The position numbers and the translations under genes are program-made. From Cyanophora paradoxa CCMP329 (Eukaryota; Plantae; Glaucophyta), in assembly GCA_004431415.1 (NCBI GenBank), contig QPMI01000493.1, positions 124,001 to 188,000 on the forward strand: 64,000 nt of DNA, written 5' to 3'. The notes beneath the pieces were generated by a model. That model saw only the letters and a list, made by a program, of their open reading frames with translations. It made no database searches and was not told the DNA's origin. This document shows positions 1-11,205 of the stretch, one piece after another. Position 1 is the stretch's first letter. Every line of letters begins with the position of its first letter.

Positions 1-411
1 CCTCCCGAGGCTCCGGACCCGACAGTCCCCACTTTCCAACTCATTCTCCCTGCCCCTCCCTGAGCGCCCGCACTTCGCGGCGATTCCCCTCCTCCGAAAA
101 GCTCCCATTTTCCAATTCGTGTTTCTTATAGACGCCCCGCAGGGGCCCCCGGGAGGCCGGGCCCCCCGCCCCCGCCCCCGCCCCGGCCCCGGCCCCAGGG
201 GCAGCGGAGCCTCGGAGGGCCAGGGCAGAGGGCCACGGGCCGCGTCCGCCGCAGCCCCTCTCCCGAGCCCCCGAATTCCGCAGCCCCCCGCGCGCGCCCA
301 AAAAGCTCGAATTTTCAATTTGTTTTTCTTATGACCGCCACCTCGCTCGAAGGACCCGAACTCGAAACGAAGCGGAGGGCAGGGGGTACCGGGGCGGGGC
401 GGCGCCCCGGC

Positions 412-3400
412 CTAGGGCGCGGCGGCCTCGGCGGGGCGCTCGGCGCCGGCGGCGGCGTCGCGCTCGGCGGCGGCGAGGGCCGACCAGTGCGCGAGGTGCC
501 GCTCCGCGTGCTCCAGGAGGGCCGCCGCCCCCGGGAAGCGCGCGCACCACGCCGCGTACAGCGGCACCGCCAGGAACGTCAGGAAGCCCTGCGATCAGAT
601 CAGATCAGATCGGATCGGATCAGATCGGATCAGATCAGACGAATCTGAGCCGACCTCCTGGGCGCGGGCGAGGGACTCGGAGCGGTCGCAGAGGGGCGAG
701 ACGGGCAGCCCGAGCCGCCGCTCCTCGTCTGAGCGACGGGCTCAGACGGGGGGGGGGGGAGGTTGGGGGTGGGGTACGCGGACCGCCCTGGGCCCCGAAC
801 TCCTCGACGATGCGGCGGGCCCAGCGCTCGTGCGTCGCGAAGGGTCTACCCCCGTTCGCGATGTCCGCGACCTGCGTGGGGAACATTCGAGAGGGGGGGA
901 GAAGGCGGGGGGGTACGGGGCACCTTGAGGGCCATGGAGAGGAAGAGGCGGCGGTCCGCCTGGGGCAGCACGGCGCGCGCCAGGAGGGGGGGTACAGGCA
1001 GGCCCAGGTTCATCACTGCGGCTGGGGCTCGAGGCGGGGAGAAAGAGGAAAGAGAGAGAGGCGGGGGGAACCGCTGCGGCGATGCTTGAAGGAGTTGCCG
1101 CGGGCGCTGCTGCGGCCGCTGCGGCCGCTGGCGACGGAGCGCGCGTCGTCGGCGGGGCCCTCCGAGTCGGCCCCGTCCCCGTCCCCCTCGTCGTCCGCCT
1201 CCTCCCCGTCTTCCGCCTCCCCCTCGTCCCCCTCCGCCTCCACATCCGCCTGCGGGACGCGCGATCTGAGGCGAGGGCAGAGCACGCCGAGGAGGAGGGC
1301 GTACCCCGGCGGCCTCGAGGGTCTCGGTGACGAGGAGCGCCTTCCACGCGCTCACCGTCTCCAGGTGCCGCTACCCCCCCCCGCGGGGTCGGGCGCGGGG
1401 TAGAGGGCGCGGGGGCGGGGCGGGGGCGGGCGCACGCTCATGTCGGTGGCCAGGACGAGGGCGATGACGGAGCGCCGGAACTCGGCCCGCTGGCGTACCC
1501 CCGTCAGGCGGGAGGGGGAGGGGGCGGGGCCGGCCCGGGGTACCTGCTCCCGCGTGAAGGAGGAGAGGAAGTCGCAGTCGGGGTCCCGCAGCATCGCGAA
1601 GGTCCGCGTCAGCGCGTTGTGCTCCTGCGGACAAGGCCGGCTCAGGGTGGTGGGGGGAGGGGGGAAGGGGGGGTAGGGGCGCACGAGGACGGACTGGTCG
1701 TTGTAGAGGAGCGCGAGCTCGCTCCCCGTCGCCACCTCGAACCCGTTCGTCCGCCCCGTGTGCTGAGGGAAGGGGGGGGGGGGGGGGGGGGCTAAGGGGG
1801 GGGGGGAGGGATGTCGGGGGGTGCGCACGTCGAGGTCGTGGACGGCCGCCGCGACGAGCGCCGCGAGGACGTCCGCCGAGCGAACGTAGGGGCGGAGGCC
1901 CCCCGGGAAGAGCAGGAAGTACAGCTGTACCCCTGTTAGAAGACGGTGGAGGGAGGCAAAGGGTCTAGGGCCAAGCGTACCCCCTGAACGACCTCCGCGG
2001 CGCTGGTGGGAGAGGGGGGGGAGGGCGGAGTTAGCCGGGGGTACGGGGTCGGAAAGCGGAGGGCGCCGCACTGCATGCGGTTGTGGTAGGGCTGCGAGAA
2101 CGGAGCCCGGCGGTTAGAGAGGGGGGCGGGGGTACAGGGAACGAGGGGAGCGGACCGTGGCGCGGTACCCCGCCTCGACGCGCTCGAGGAACGTGCGGAG
2201 GCGGCCGCGGTCGACGCCCATCTCGTCCACCACCCGCGCCGCCTTCCGGAGCCGACGTCAGCTCGCGCGCGCGCGCGCGGCGGGACCCGGCCCGGCGGGG
2301 CCTCTCGGATCGAATTCACCTTGAGGAGCGCGGTGCCCACCGCCTGCAGCGGCCGCCCGTGCGAGAGCCGATCCACCTGCGGGGTACCGTCCCATCGGAC
2401 GGGGGTACGGGGCCGGGGGGGTGGGGGGTACGGCACCGCCTCGATGTCGAACTCGGTCCATGAGGAGGCCTTGTCGAGGGCGGCGGCGAGGCCGGCGGAC
2501 GACTCGTCGGAGAGCGCCGCATCGAGGCTCGGCGGGGCCGGCAGCGGCTCGAACGAGCGCGGCCGGGGGGTACCCGGCGAGCTGTTCGCCGTGATCGACG
2601 CGGACGAGTGCCGCCGCCGCGTCGAGGCGCCCCCTTGCCCCGGCGCCTGCATCTGCGGGCAGGCTCTCAGCCCCGACGGAACGGAGGGCACGGGGGTACG
2701 GCTCGAAGGGGGGGTACCAGGGACCGGATCCACTGGACTTGGACGTTGTCTGCGCCGGCAGCGGCGGCGGCGCCCCCCGGCGATTCTTCCCCCTCCTGGA
2801 GGGGGGGACAAGACCCGTGAGGGCCGCGGCAGAGGTCCTTCTGAAAGCGAGGGGGGGTACCGTGTAGAGGCCGGGGGGGCCCTGGGGGGCTGCCACGCTC
2901 GAACGGAAGGCGCGCGAGTTGAGGAGCAGCCTGCGCCCCGTACCCCCCCGCGCCAGTCAGACGCGAGCGGCCGGGCGGGGCTTTGGAGCCGGGACGATCC
3001 AAGCGGGGCTTAGCAGCCGGGCCTCGCGTTTCCGAAGGCGGGCGCGGGCGGCCGAGCCGAGCAAAAGCCAGCGCCCATAGCGCCCCGCCCCCGCAGCCCG
3101 GCCCCGCTGCCTCCCGGGCGCACCGAAGGGCTGCCATCAGGTCCGACGCGTCCTCCGCCCGCCCCGCCGCCAGCTGCCGCCCCAGGATCCGCTCCATCTG
3201 AGGCGGGAGGAAGATCAGATCAGATCAGATCGGATGGATTCTGAGGCGACGGAAGCGGCGTACCCGGCGGAGGAAGGAGGCAACGTGGCGCCCGACGCCG
3301 AGGGACGCCGCCGCCTCCTGGGAGGCCCCGGATCAGATCAGATCAGATCAGATCAGATCGGATCAGATCAGATCTGACCTGGAAGGCCTTGAGCTCCCGC

Positions 3401-4713
3401 GTCATAAGGTTCGAGTCGGGCCGGATCTGAGAGGGGGGGGGGGGGGGGGGGGTACGGGGAGGACCGGGGGGGTACGCGGACGGCGGCGAGGTCGCTGACG
3501 GTGTTCCGGCGGCGGAGGAGCGCCTGCCGCGTGCGGCTCGTCTCGATCCAGGAGGAGTGGGCGGCGGCGCCGGCGGCCGCGACGCAGGCAAAGAGCGCTA
3601 GGCGGGACTCGGTCGGGTCGGCGGGGCACAGGCCGGCGCAGGCGGCGGCGACGGCCGAGAGCGCGACGCCGACGGCGCCGGTGAGGAGGACAAAGGGCAG
3701 GCGCAGGCGGAGGGGGCCGGCGGCCGCCGCGCAGCCGGCGGCGACGGCGGCGGAGAGGGCGGAGGGGTACGGCGCCACGTGCGAGAGCAGCGCGTAGGCC
3801 GCGCCGTAGTAGACCAGCAGGCCGCCCGTGGCGACGGCCTGCGGGCCGCGTCGGACGGGGCGAACGAAGAAGGTGCTGGGGGGGGGGTACGGCACCTGCC
3901 AGTCGCGGGAGCGGAGGGCCGGCGGGAGGCGGCGGCGGCGAGGAGGGCGAGGGCGGCGAGGGCGACGCCGCCAAAGGCAAGGGCGGCGCGGGCGGCGACG
4001 TGCCCCGCGGCCACGCCGCCCGTCACGAAGGCGGCCGCCCCGAGCGCGAGCAGCGCCGCTCCGCCCGCGAAGAGCCTGCGGCGGGCCCGGCCCTCAGCGG
4101 AGGCGGGGCGGGCGGGCGCGGGGCCGCGGCGCGGCGCACCTGACTTGGGGCGGGCGCGGGTCGGACGCCCTCAGGCGGTCCCCGAAGGCGACCTCGGGGC
4201 GCGAGGAGGTCCGCCGCGAGCGGCGGCGCCCGCGAGCGACCCGACGACGACGCCGGCGGCGGCGCTCTCGACGGAGTTGCTGCGCACGCCCGAGCCGGCG
4301 GCGGTGCCGAGGGACCCGCTGCGCGCCGCGTTGCGGGAGGCGCTGCGGCGCGAGGGCCGCCGGGAGGCCCGCCGCGACGCCGTGGAGAACTTGCGCTCGC
4401 CGGCCTCGGTGGCGGCCAGACTGAAGCTGCGGACGCGCGTCGTCTCCCCCTGCTCCACGTGCACGAGCGTCACGCGCCGGGCGCTGGCGTCTCCCACGTC
4501 GGGGGGCGACCCGCCGGCCGACTCCACGGGCCCGGGTGCGATCTCCGCGTCCGTCCTGCGGCGCCCGCCCGCGCCGGTGAGCCGCGGGCGGGCGGGGAGC
4601 GGGGCGTGTTCGCAGAGCGCGAACCAGAAGGGTCGGCGGAAGGCGACCGGGCCGGGGCCGCCCTCTGTCTCCGCGCCCGACGCCTCCTCGATCGCAATGT
4701 GAACCTTGGACAT
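412..4713 (-). CDS. Membrane-anchored class I 3',5'-cyclic nucleotide phosphodiesterase (multi-exon)
   Basis: Spliced exons give PYHNxxHAAEV (~2000-2090), AAAVHDLDHTGRTN, LYNDQSVLEHN, LVLATDM, KVADIANGGR and AQEGFLTF, the full PDEase_I metal-binding set. Hydrophobic TM-like segments lie at ~3550-4060. ATG at 4713, TAG at 414-412. Internal exon boundaries are partly uncertain. Confidence 0.92.
593..641. repeat. (GATCA/GATCG)n pentamer array in a PDE intron; similar arrays at 3213-3238 and 3331-3377
   Basis: Tandem gatcagatcagatcggatc read directly from the sequence. Confidence 0.9.
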
Positions 4714-5465
4714 TGGCGAGCGCGGGCCGGAGACGCGGCCGTACGAGGTGCCGGGAGCCGCACAGGCCGGCGCTGCAGCTGGCGCGCCGCGGGCACGGCA
4801 GAAGGTGCTGCGTTCTAAGCTACGAGGGGCGACTCTCTACAGGCGGCCGCTCTCCTGGGTCCGCCTCTGAGAGACGGTCCGCCGTGAACCGAAACAAGGT
4901 GCTTGCCGCCGCGGCATCACATTGGGCCTTGGCCGCTCGAAATGCAAACACTTGAGAGAAGGCAGCGCCCCCGTCCGTCTGGAATGGGTGCCGCTGGGAG
5001 CCGCACAGTTACTCGAATTGTTGTTCGGCGCGCGCGCCGGGGTGGGCGCGCAACAGAACTGCAATACCACGAGGGCCGATGCGCTGGGCTCTTCCTGTGC
5101 TGCCGGGGCGGCCTTGTTCGGAGCTGGTCGGTTCGTTTCCACACAGACGGCGAGGCGCGCGTACCCGGTACGATGCTCCGCGCGGGTACAGCCGCAGATC
5201 GGCGCTGCGGTTGATCGTGAGGCTTCAGACGACGACGGCTTCAGATGGCTTCACCTAAAGCTCGGGTGCCCCGGCTAACGGAAAGCAACCGCAGCATTCC
5301 AATTGCGTTCTCGCTAGGCCGCCAGCTTGCGCCCGCGAGAACCGCCGGCAGCTCGCCAGCACCGAGGCCGGCCGAAGCCTCGCCCGTGAGCTTGAACGCT
5401 GCCGGCGGCTTGACGTAGCGCTTCATAGCCCTTCTTGCGTCATATCCTGTGCCCAGCCTTCTCGC

Positions 5466-7016
5466 ATGGCCGACCCCGTCGATCCGAACGTGGGGAGGTC
5501 GGATGCCGACGGCTCCTTCGTCCCGCTTACGCCGCGGGCGACACGGGCTCCCTCGTGGTTTGCCAGCGCACGAGACCGCGTCCTCGGCGAGATCCGCGCC
5601 GCCGCCGGCCGCCCGCCGCGCGTCCGGTCCCCGCGGCCGGGCGCCTCGGATCCCGGTGCCGGGCCCTCTGCCCCGCGCCCTGCCGCGCCCGACGTCCTCG
5701 CAACCCCGCCGGTTAGATCATTCCTTGCGCGGCCGCCCGCGCACGGGCCCGGCTCTGACCCGTTTCGCGCAGGAGCAGCGGACGCCGCCGCCGCCGCCGC
5801 CGCCGCCGCCCGGCCCCGCGCGCCAGTTTCCGCTGCCCATGTCCCCTCCCCCGCCGCCCCCTCCTCCTGGCTCGGGGTACCGCCCCGCGATCTCCGCCCT
5901 CCCCGCGAGCGCCCGCGCCGCCGGCCTCGCCCCGCCCCCGCCCCACCCACGCCTCCCCCGCCGGCGGCCGTCGCGCCGCCCCCGCCGCCCCGCCGCCGCC
6001 GCCTCCCTTCTCGGTGGACCACCCCTTCCTGCACGTCCCCAGCCCGCCGCCGCGCCCGCCGGCGCCCCAGCAGCGCGCCTTCCCGCCCCCTCCGCCCCTG
6101 GGCGGCCGCGACGTCCTGCGGGGCCCGCGCCTGGAGGAGGCGACGGAGGACCCGGCCGCCCTCCGCGCCATCTGCGGCGAGCTCCGCCTCGCCGTCCGCC
6201 TCCGCGACTCCCGCCTCCGCGACATGGAGCGCGCGGTGCGCCGTACCCCCCCGGCGTCCTTTTCCCTCTTTCTTGTACCCCTATCTAACGATCGATTAGA
6301 TCCAGCGCCAGGAGCGCGCCGCGAACGTAGCCAGCGCAGAAGCCCAGCACCTCCGCGACCAGGTACCACCCTCGACTCCATCCCCCACCCCTTCGAAGCT
6401 GACGCGTACCCCCGGGTAGATCGCGCGGCTCTCGGCGCTGGCGGGGGAGGAATCGGCGGTGGCGGGAATGAGCGCCGAGCAGCTCGAGAATTGCATGCGG
6501 CAGCTCGCAGCGACCGAGGTGCGCCGACACAAGCGCCCCCCCCCCCCCTCCCCTTTCCCGCCCCCATGGTCCCTGACCACGTACCCCCCTCGCAGGCCCG
6601 CATGAAGACGCTGGCGATCGCGAAGCGCAACGCCGAGATCGAGAGGCGGTGCGCTTCAATTTGATTTCCGCTCAGGTGAGGAGGCGCGCCTGACACCATG
6701 TACCCCCCGCAGGTCCAGGGAGCTGGACGATTTGATCCGGGTGGTGGCGGAGAACTGCAGCGACCCGGCGGCGGCGGCGGCGCGGGCGGGGCCGGGCTCC
6801 GCGGCGGAGGCGCACCTGCGGGCCGCGCACGGGAGCGTGGCGCTGGGGGCGGGGCCCAAGGGCGCCCGCGAGTGCTGCGTCTGCCTGGTCGAGTACGCGA
6901 GCGTGGCGATGGTCCCGTGCGGGCACCGCGCCCTCTGCGGGCCCTGCAGCGGCCGCCTCGAGGCCTGCCCCGTCTGCCGCCGCCGCGCCTCCTCCCTCCT
7001 CGTCGTCTACGACTGA
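5466..7016 (+). CDS. Pro-rich/coiled-coil protein with C-terminal RING-HC (C3HC4_3-type), putative E3 ligase
   Basis: The last exon encodes CCVC-x11-CGH-RAL-CGPC-x6-CPVC followed by LLVVYD*. Helical exons lie at 6150-6650. The 5' structure is uncertain, with a possible frameshift in a C-rich run. Confidence 0.8.
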
Positions 7017-7352
7017 GCGGCGGGCCGGGGGCCCCGCGCGCCCGGCGGTCAGGGGCCCCGGGGCACCTCAAGCTTGGCCAGCCTTATTCTTCTTTTTTCA
7101 TGAAGCCAGTTCGCTCTTCTCTTGCAGTTTACGAGCGCCGCGTTCTTCTGGCCCTAGGCCTAGCCGTCTAGTCATAGATTTTCCGTCTACCCTTTCCGGG
7201 TAGAGTTTCTGCACACGTTCTCAAGTTTTTGAACTCTGTAATTAATCCTCATCTAAGAAAAAGCTTTCTCTGCACTAGGCAATCCTAACTGAAACTGAAT
7301 CCCATTATCTATCTAGACTATACAGCCAACGGCATAGATCTGTAAGCCATAC

Positions 7353-9489
7353 CTAGTAGTCGTTCTCGATGTTGACGAGCCACACGGCTGCGTTCTTTAC
7401 GTACCTGTGGGTTGGGTGGGGTGGGGGGGGGGGGGGAGGGGAGGGGGGGGGGGGGGCGGTGATCGTGAGGGAGAGACCAAGGCGGAACCGGGGGGGACAG
7501 GGCTGCGCACCGCACAATGCCGGCGGTGTCCCAGTAGTCGCGATAGAGGCGCGTGAAGCCGCCGTCCAGGAGGGCGCGCCGCCCCTCGCGCTCGTAGACG
7601 GCGGTCACGACGTTCCAGCCGAGCCGCGGACGAGGGCGTGGAGGTGGGGTGGGGCGCGATCGTCGCGATCGTGCTGCCCTCGAAAAGGCGCGCAACGCCT
7701 GCCGGGAGGGGGGATGAGGGGGCGGGAGGGGAGGGGAGGGGGGGGGAAGGGAAGGAGGGGAGGAGGGCTGAAAGGGGAGGGCGAGGCGAGGAGTTCGGCA
7801 AGGGTGTTCAGGGGGGGAGGGCGAGGCGAGGGCGGGAGGGCTACGTCTGCCCGGGTGTTCGGCGAGGAGACAGCTGAAGACGGCGCGGGTAGGAGGGAGG
7901 GAGGGGGAGGGGGGGGGGGAAGTGGGAGAAGAGGGGCGTACCCGTCGTGATGAAGTGCCGAACGAAGCCCGGCGTCCCAGCCGATGCCCCGTGTGTTGCC
8001 GTGCCCTTCGGAGCTGCGGGAAAGTTAGCTACGAAGGGCGGAGGGAAAAGATAGGAGGGGGATGGGCAGGGTGGGAAAGGAGGAAGACAGGGGAAGGGGA
8101 GGGGAAGGGATTGGGTTGGGGATTGGCGGGGTGGGGGAAGAGGGGGAAGATTGGCGGAGGGGGGGGGGGGGGGGGAGGGGGGTTTGAAGGAGGGGAGGGA
8201 GGGGGGGAGGGGGTAAGGGCCAGGCGAGGGTAGCAGAGGTAGCAAGAGGAGAAGGGCGGGGAGGAAGAGGAGGCGGTTGGGGGGAGGGGGGGGGGTACAA
8301 AGAGGGGCAAAAGCGGAACCTTCAGTTAGATTTTGATCGCCAGGTACGTTGCCGGACATATATCCACTGAAGAGAGCTCTAGCTACACGATTCGCATCGT
8401 AGTAATACGGCTCGTTGTCACCCCTTTATGTAAATCCAGAATTCAGAAATGAATCCCAGTGCAAAGGAAGAGAGGCGAGTCGGCGCACCAAATGTAGACT
8501 CCCCTGCCCTCGTTGAAGAAGCGGCGGATGCGGTCGATGTGCGCGTCCGAGAGGCCTCGATCAACGCGATCGGACAGGATCCAGAGCTGGCAGGCGCGGT
8601 CGAGGACGGCGCTGAACTCCTCGAGAGGCGGGACGCGGTCCGACCACCGCTTGACGTCAAAGCCCTTCTCCCGCAGCGCAGCCTCTGGAAGCAAGAAGTC
8701 GAAGCCTTCTCCCGTGTACTCGTGCAGCACGGCGATGACCATGCCGCGGAAGGCGTTGTCGACGCCGAGATCGAAGGCGCTGCCCGCCGCGTTGCCGTGC
8801 CGGTCGCGCGGAGCCCCCGCCACGTCGGTCTGGCCGGCGTGCTCCGAGTAGACGCGCAGCATGAGGAGCGTGTCGCCGGACTTGAGGGGCGAGTCTGCGA
8901 TTGGCGTGGGGCTTCCGTTCCTCAGCGCCTGCGATCGGGACGCGCGCGACATCATCAGCTGCGCACGAAGCGCGGGCACAAGCGCGCGCGCTCACCTTGA
9001 TCTCCACATCGCTGCGGTCGGCGAGAAAGAGCCGCTGCTGCTGCGGGGGCACGCGGAAGGCCCGCTCGACGGCCCGCTTCAGGTCCAGGCACGTCGCGCC
9101 GTCGTCCAGCCGGATAGGCTGCATGCCGCCGTCCATAGACGTGACGAGGAACAAGTACCCGGCCTCCACCGGCGCCGCGCGGGCCGCAGCGCTGCTGAAC
9201 AAGATAACGGAGTCGAGCTCTCGCAGCTTCTCCTCCAGCGCCTCGCGGTCGTCATCGTCGAGATGAGCTTGGCATGATGGGCACTGGCCAGCCTTCTCCA
9301 GGCACTGCGCGGGCCGGTCAAGGCCGATCAATTCGCGCCGCGGCGAGGCGGAGAGCTCGAGGCGGGCCCAGAGCTGCACGGCGCAGCACGAACCGGAGCG
9401 CAGCAGTTCGGCACGTGGCCGCAGTGCAGTCTGCGGACGAGGAAGTCGCCCGATGGGCGAGCGCCCCCGCCGCACTTCTTGCAGTCCAT
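7353..9489 (-). CDS. RING finger + ubiquitin-like domain + uncharacterised alpha/beta (GATase-I-like) domain fusion
   Basis: RING: MDCKKC...CGHVPNCCAP|CLEKAGQCPSC. Ubl: LFLVTSMDGG...TCLDLKRAVERAFRVPPQQQRLFL...LKSGDTLLML. C-terminal domain: IAVLHEYTGEGFDF...QLWILSD...GRGVYIWGDNEPYY...ALLDGGFTRLY...YVKNAAVWLVNIENDY*. Two -1 frameshifts near 7615-7650 must be assumed. Confidence 0.82.
7700..8296. repeat. Intronic G-rich (C-rich on the transcript) polypurine tracts
   Basis: Long G runs and GGA/GGGA repeats inside introns of the minus-strand gene. Confidence 0.85.
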
Positions 9490-10440
9490 CGGACGGCGCG
9501 CGATCAGAAATCCGGGCCGCGCGGTCACGATCGAAACGCCGCGCGGTCGCCCGACCGCTGCAGCTCTCGCCCGACCAGCTGACCAGCCTGACCTGCTTGG
9601 ACCGGTACCGGATTTCGGTCGAACTCAGCATCGAAGTCGGGTGGCCGCGCGGTCTGCCGGCCCGCCAGCGGGGCGCTGGCCTGATTGTTCGACGCAACAG
9701 CTTGACTCAGTGTGCTAGCGGGTTCCGAGGGCGATCGCCTCGTCCAGGTGAGCGTGCGCATCGCTTTCCTTGTTGGCATATGGGGCGTACGGGGCAGCGA
9801 ACACGCGCGCCTTTGACGCTGACGCTTTCATAGCGTCGTTCGGTCGCGCCCGGGCCGAGCCGCGGGCCCTAGACTTCGGCAGATACGTCACAGTTCGGTG
9901 TGTATCGTCATACGCGAGCAGCGAGCTCGCGCGGGCATGCCCATGCATTTGCCTAACTTCCTTTCGTCATTCGAAGCCAAGGCGGCGCGCTGGTTTCGCC
10001 CGATTCGCCGCGGCCGGGGCACGCGCTCTCCGGTACCGGTGCGCATCGCTCACCGCTGGAGCGCTTGCCGCTGGACTGCGGCCTAGGCCTTAACATCTGC
10101 TGCAAGGCCTACGCCTGCTTCTTGATTTCGCGCGTGGCACAGGGCAAGACGCGCGTCGAGTGCTGAAGCAATATGCGAATTCGAAGGTGTGCGCGCGCCA
10201 GTGCCCGAGCGAATCCTTGCCCAGATTGGGCTGACGTGTCCAGACCTTGTGCACGAACTTTCTGAGCCGTGAGCGTTCCCTGTACAAGAATCATCGGCCT
10301 GGTTCGGCCCAGGTGCGGTCAGCCACATTTCCCAGCTGCAGGTTCGGTGTCACGGTGATATGTAGTTGATAACGAGGCCCAGATCATATTCAAAACGTTC
10401 ATCGATTATAAGTGCTTTTCACATTACACCCATTCCGGCC
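9490..10440. promoter_or_regulatory. Probable bidirectional promoter region between the RING-Ubl gene and the RNF213-like gene
   Basis: Inferred only from the divergent gene orientation. No core elements were identified. Confidence 0.45.
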
Positions 10441-11190
10441 CCTACCCCCGCCTAACCCACTCCCCCCTCCCCTTCCCCCTCCCCCCGGCGCAGCGGATGT
10501 ACCCCTTTACCTCATTACCTAGCACTCCTACTTCTCAATACCCCCAATTTTGCTAGTATGCCCGCCCCCACTGCACGCCGAAAGTCGTACCTCTCCCCAT
10601 CCCCCCCCCCCCCCCCCCCCCCCCCCGGCAAACCGGCCTGATCATGCTGTACCTGACCAGATCGAAGTCCGTCTTGTGGCGCTCCTGGACCGGCGGTCCG
10701 TATCCCCTTCCACCCACCCTTCCCTCCCCCCCCCCTCCCCCTCCGCCCCCCCCCTCCCCATTCCCTTGCCCCCGCCCTCCCTCCCTCCCCCCCCACCCGC
10801 CCACTCCCCTATCCTCCGGCTGCTGCCCCTCCCTTTCTCCTCTCAACCCCCCGCCCGCCCCACCCCATCCCGCTTGCCCTACTCCCTCAATCCCCCTCCC
10901 CTCCCTCGCCTTCCCCCTCTCCTCTCCTCTTCATTGCACCCGCTCACTGCACCCTCGCTCCGCCACTCCGCCTTGTCCCCCGGCGCCCACTTAATCTTCT
11001 CCCCCAGCGCTAGCGCCCACCCTCGCAACGAAACTCTAGATCTGCCTTATCCCCCGCGCCCCGGTGCCTGGTCCCTCCCCCGGGGCCCTGGCCCCTGGCT
11101 CCCTCCCCCAACCACCCCCACCCCATACCCCCTACCTCTGCCCCTTCCTCTTGCGTGCTCTTCCCTTCTCCACCTTGACTCTTGATACAG
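10440..11190 (+). repeat. C-rich low-complexity tracts, probably 5'UTR intron(s) of the RNF213-like gene
   Basis: Poly-C tracts end at the acceptor gatacag (11190). An in-frame TAG at 11200 precedes the ATG at 11206. Confidence 0.65.
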
Positions 11191-11205
11191 ATCCAGATCT
11201 AGAGG

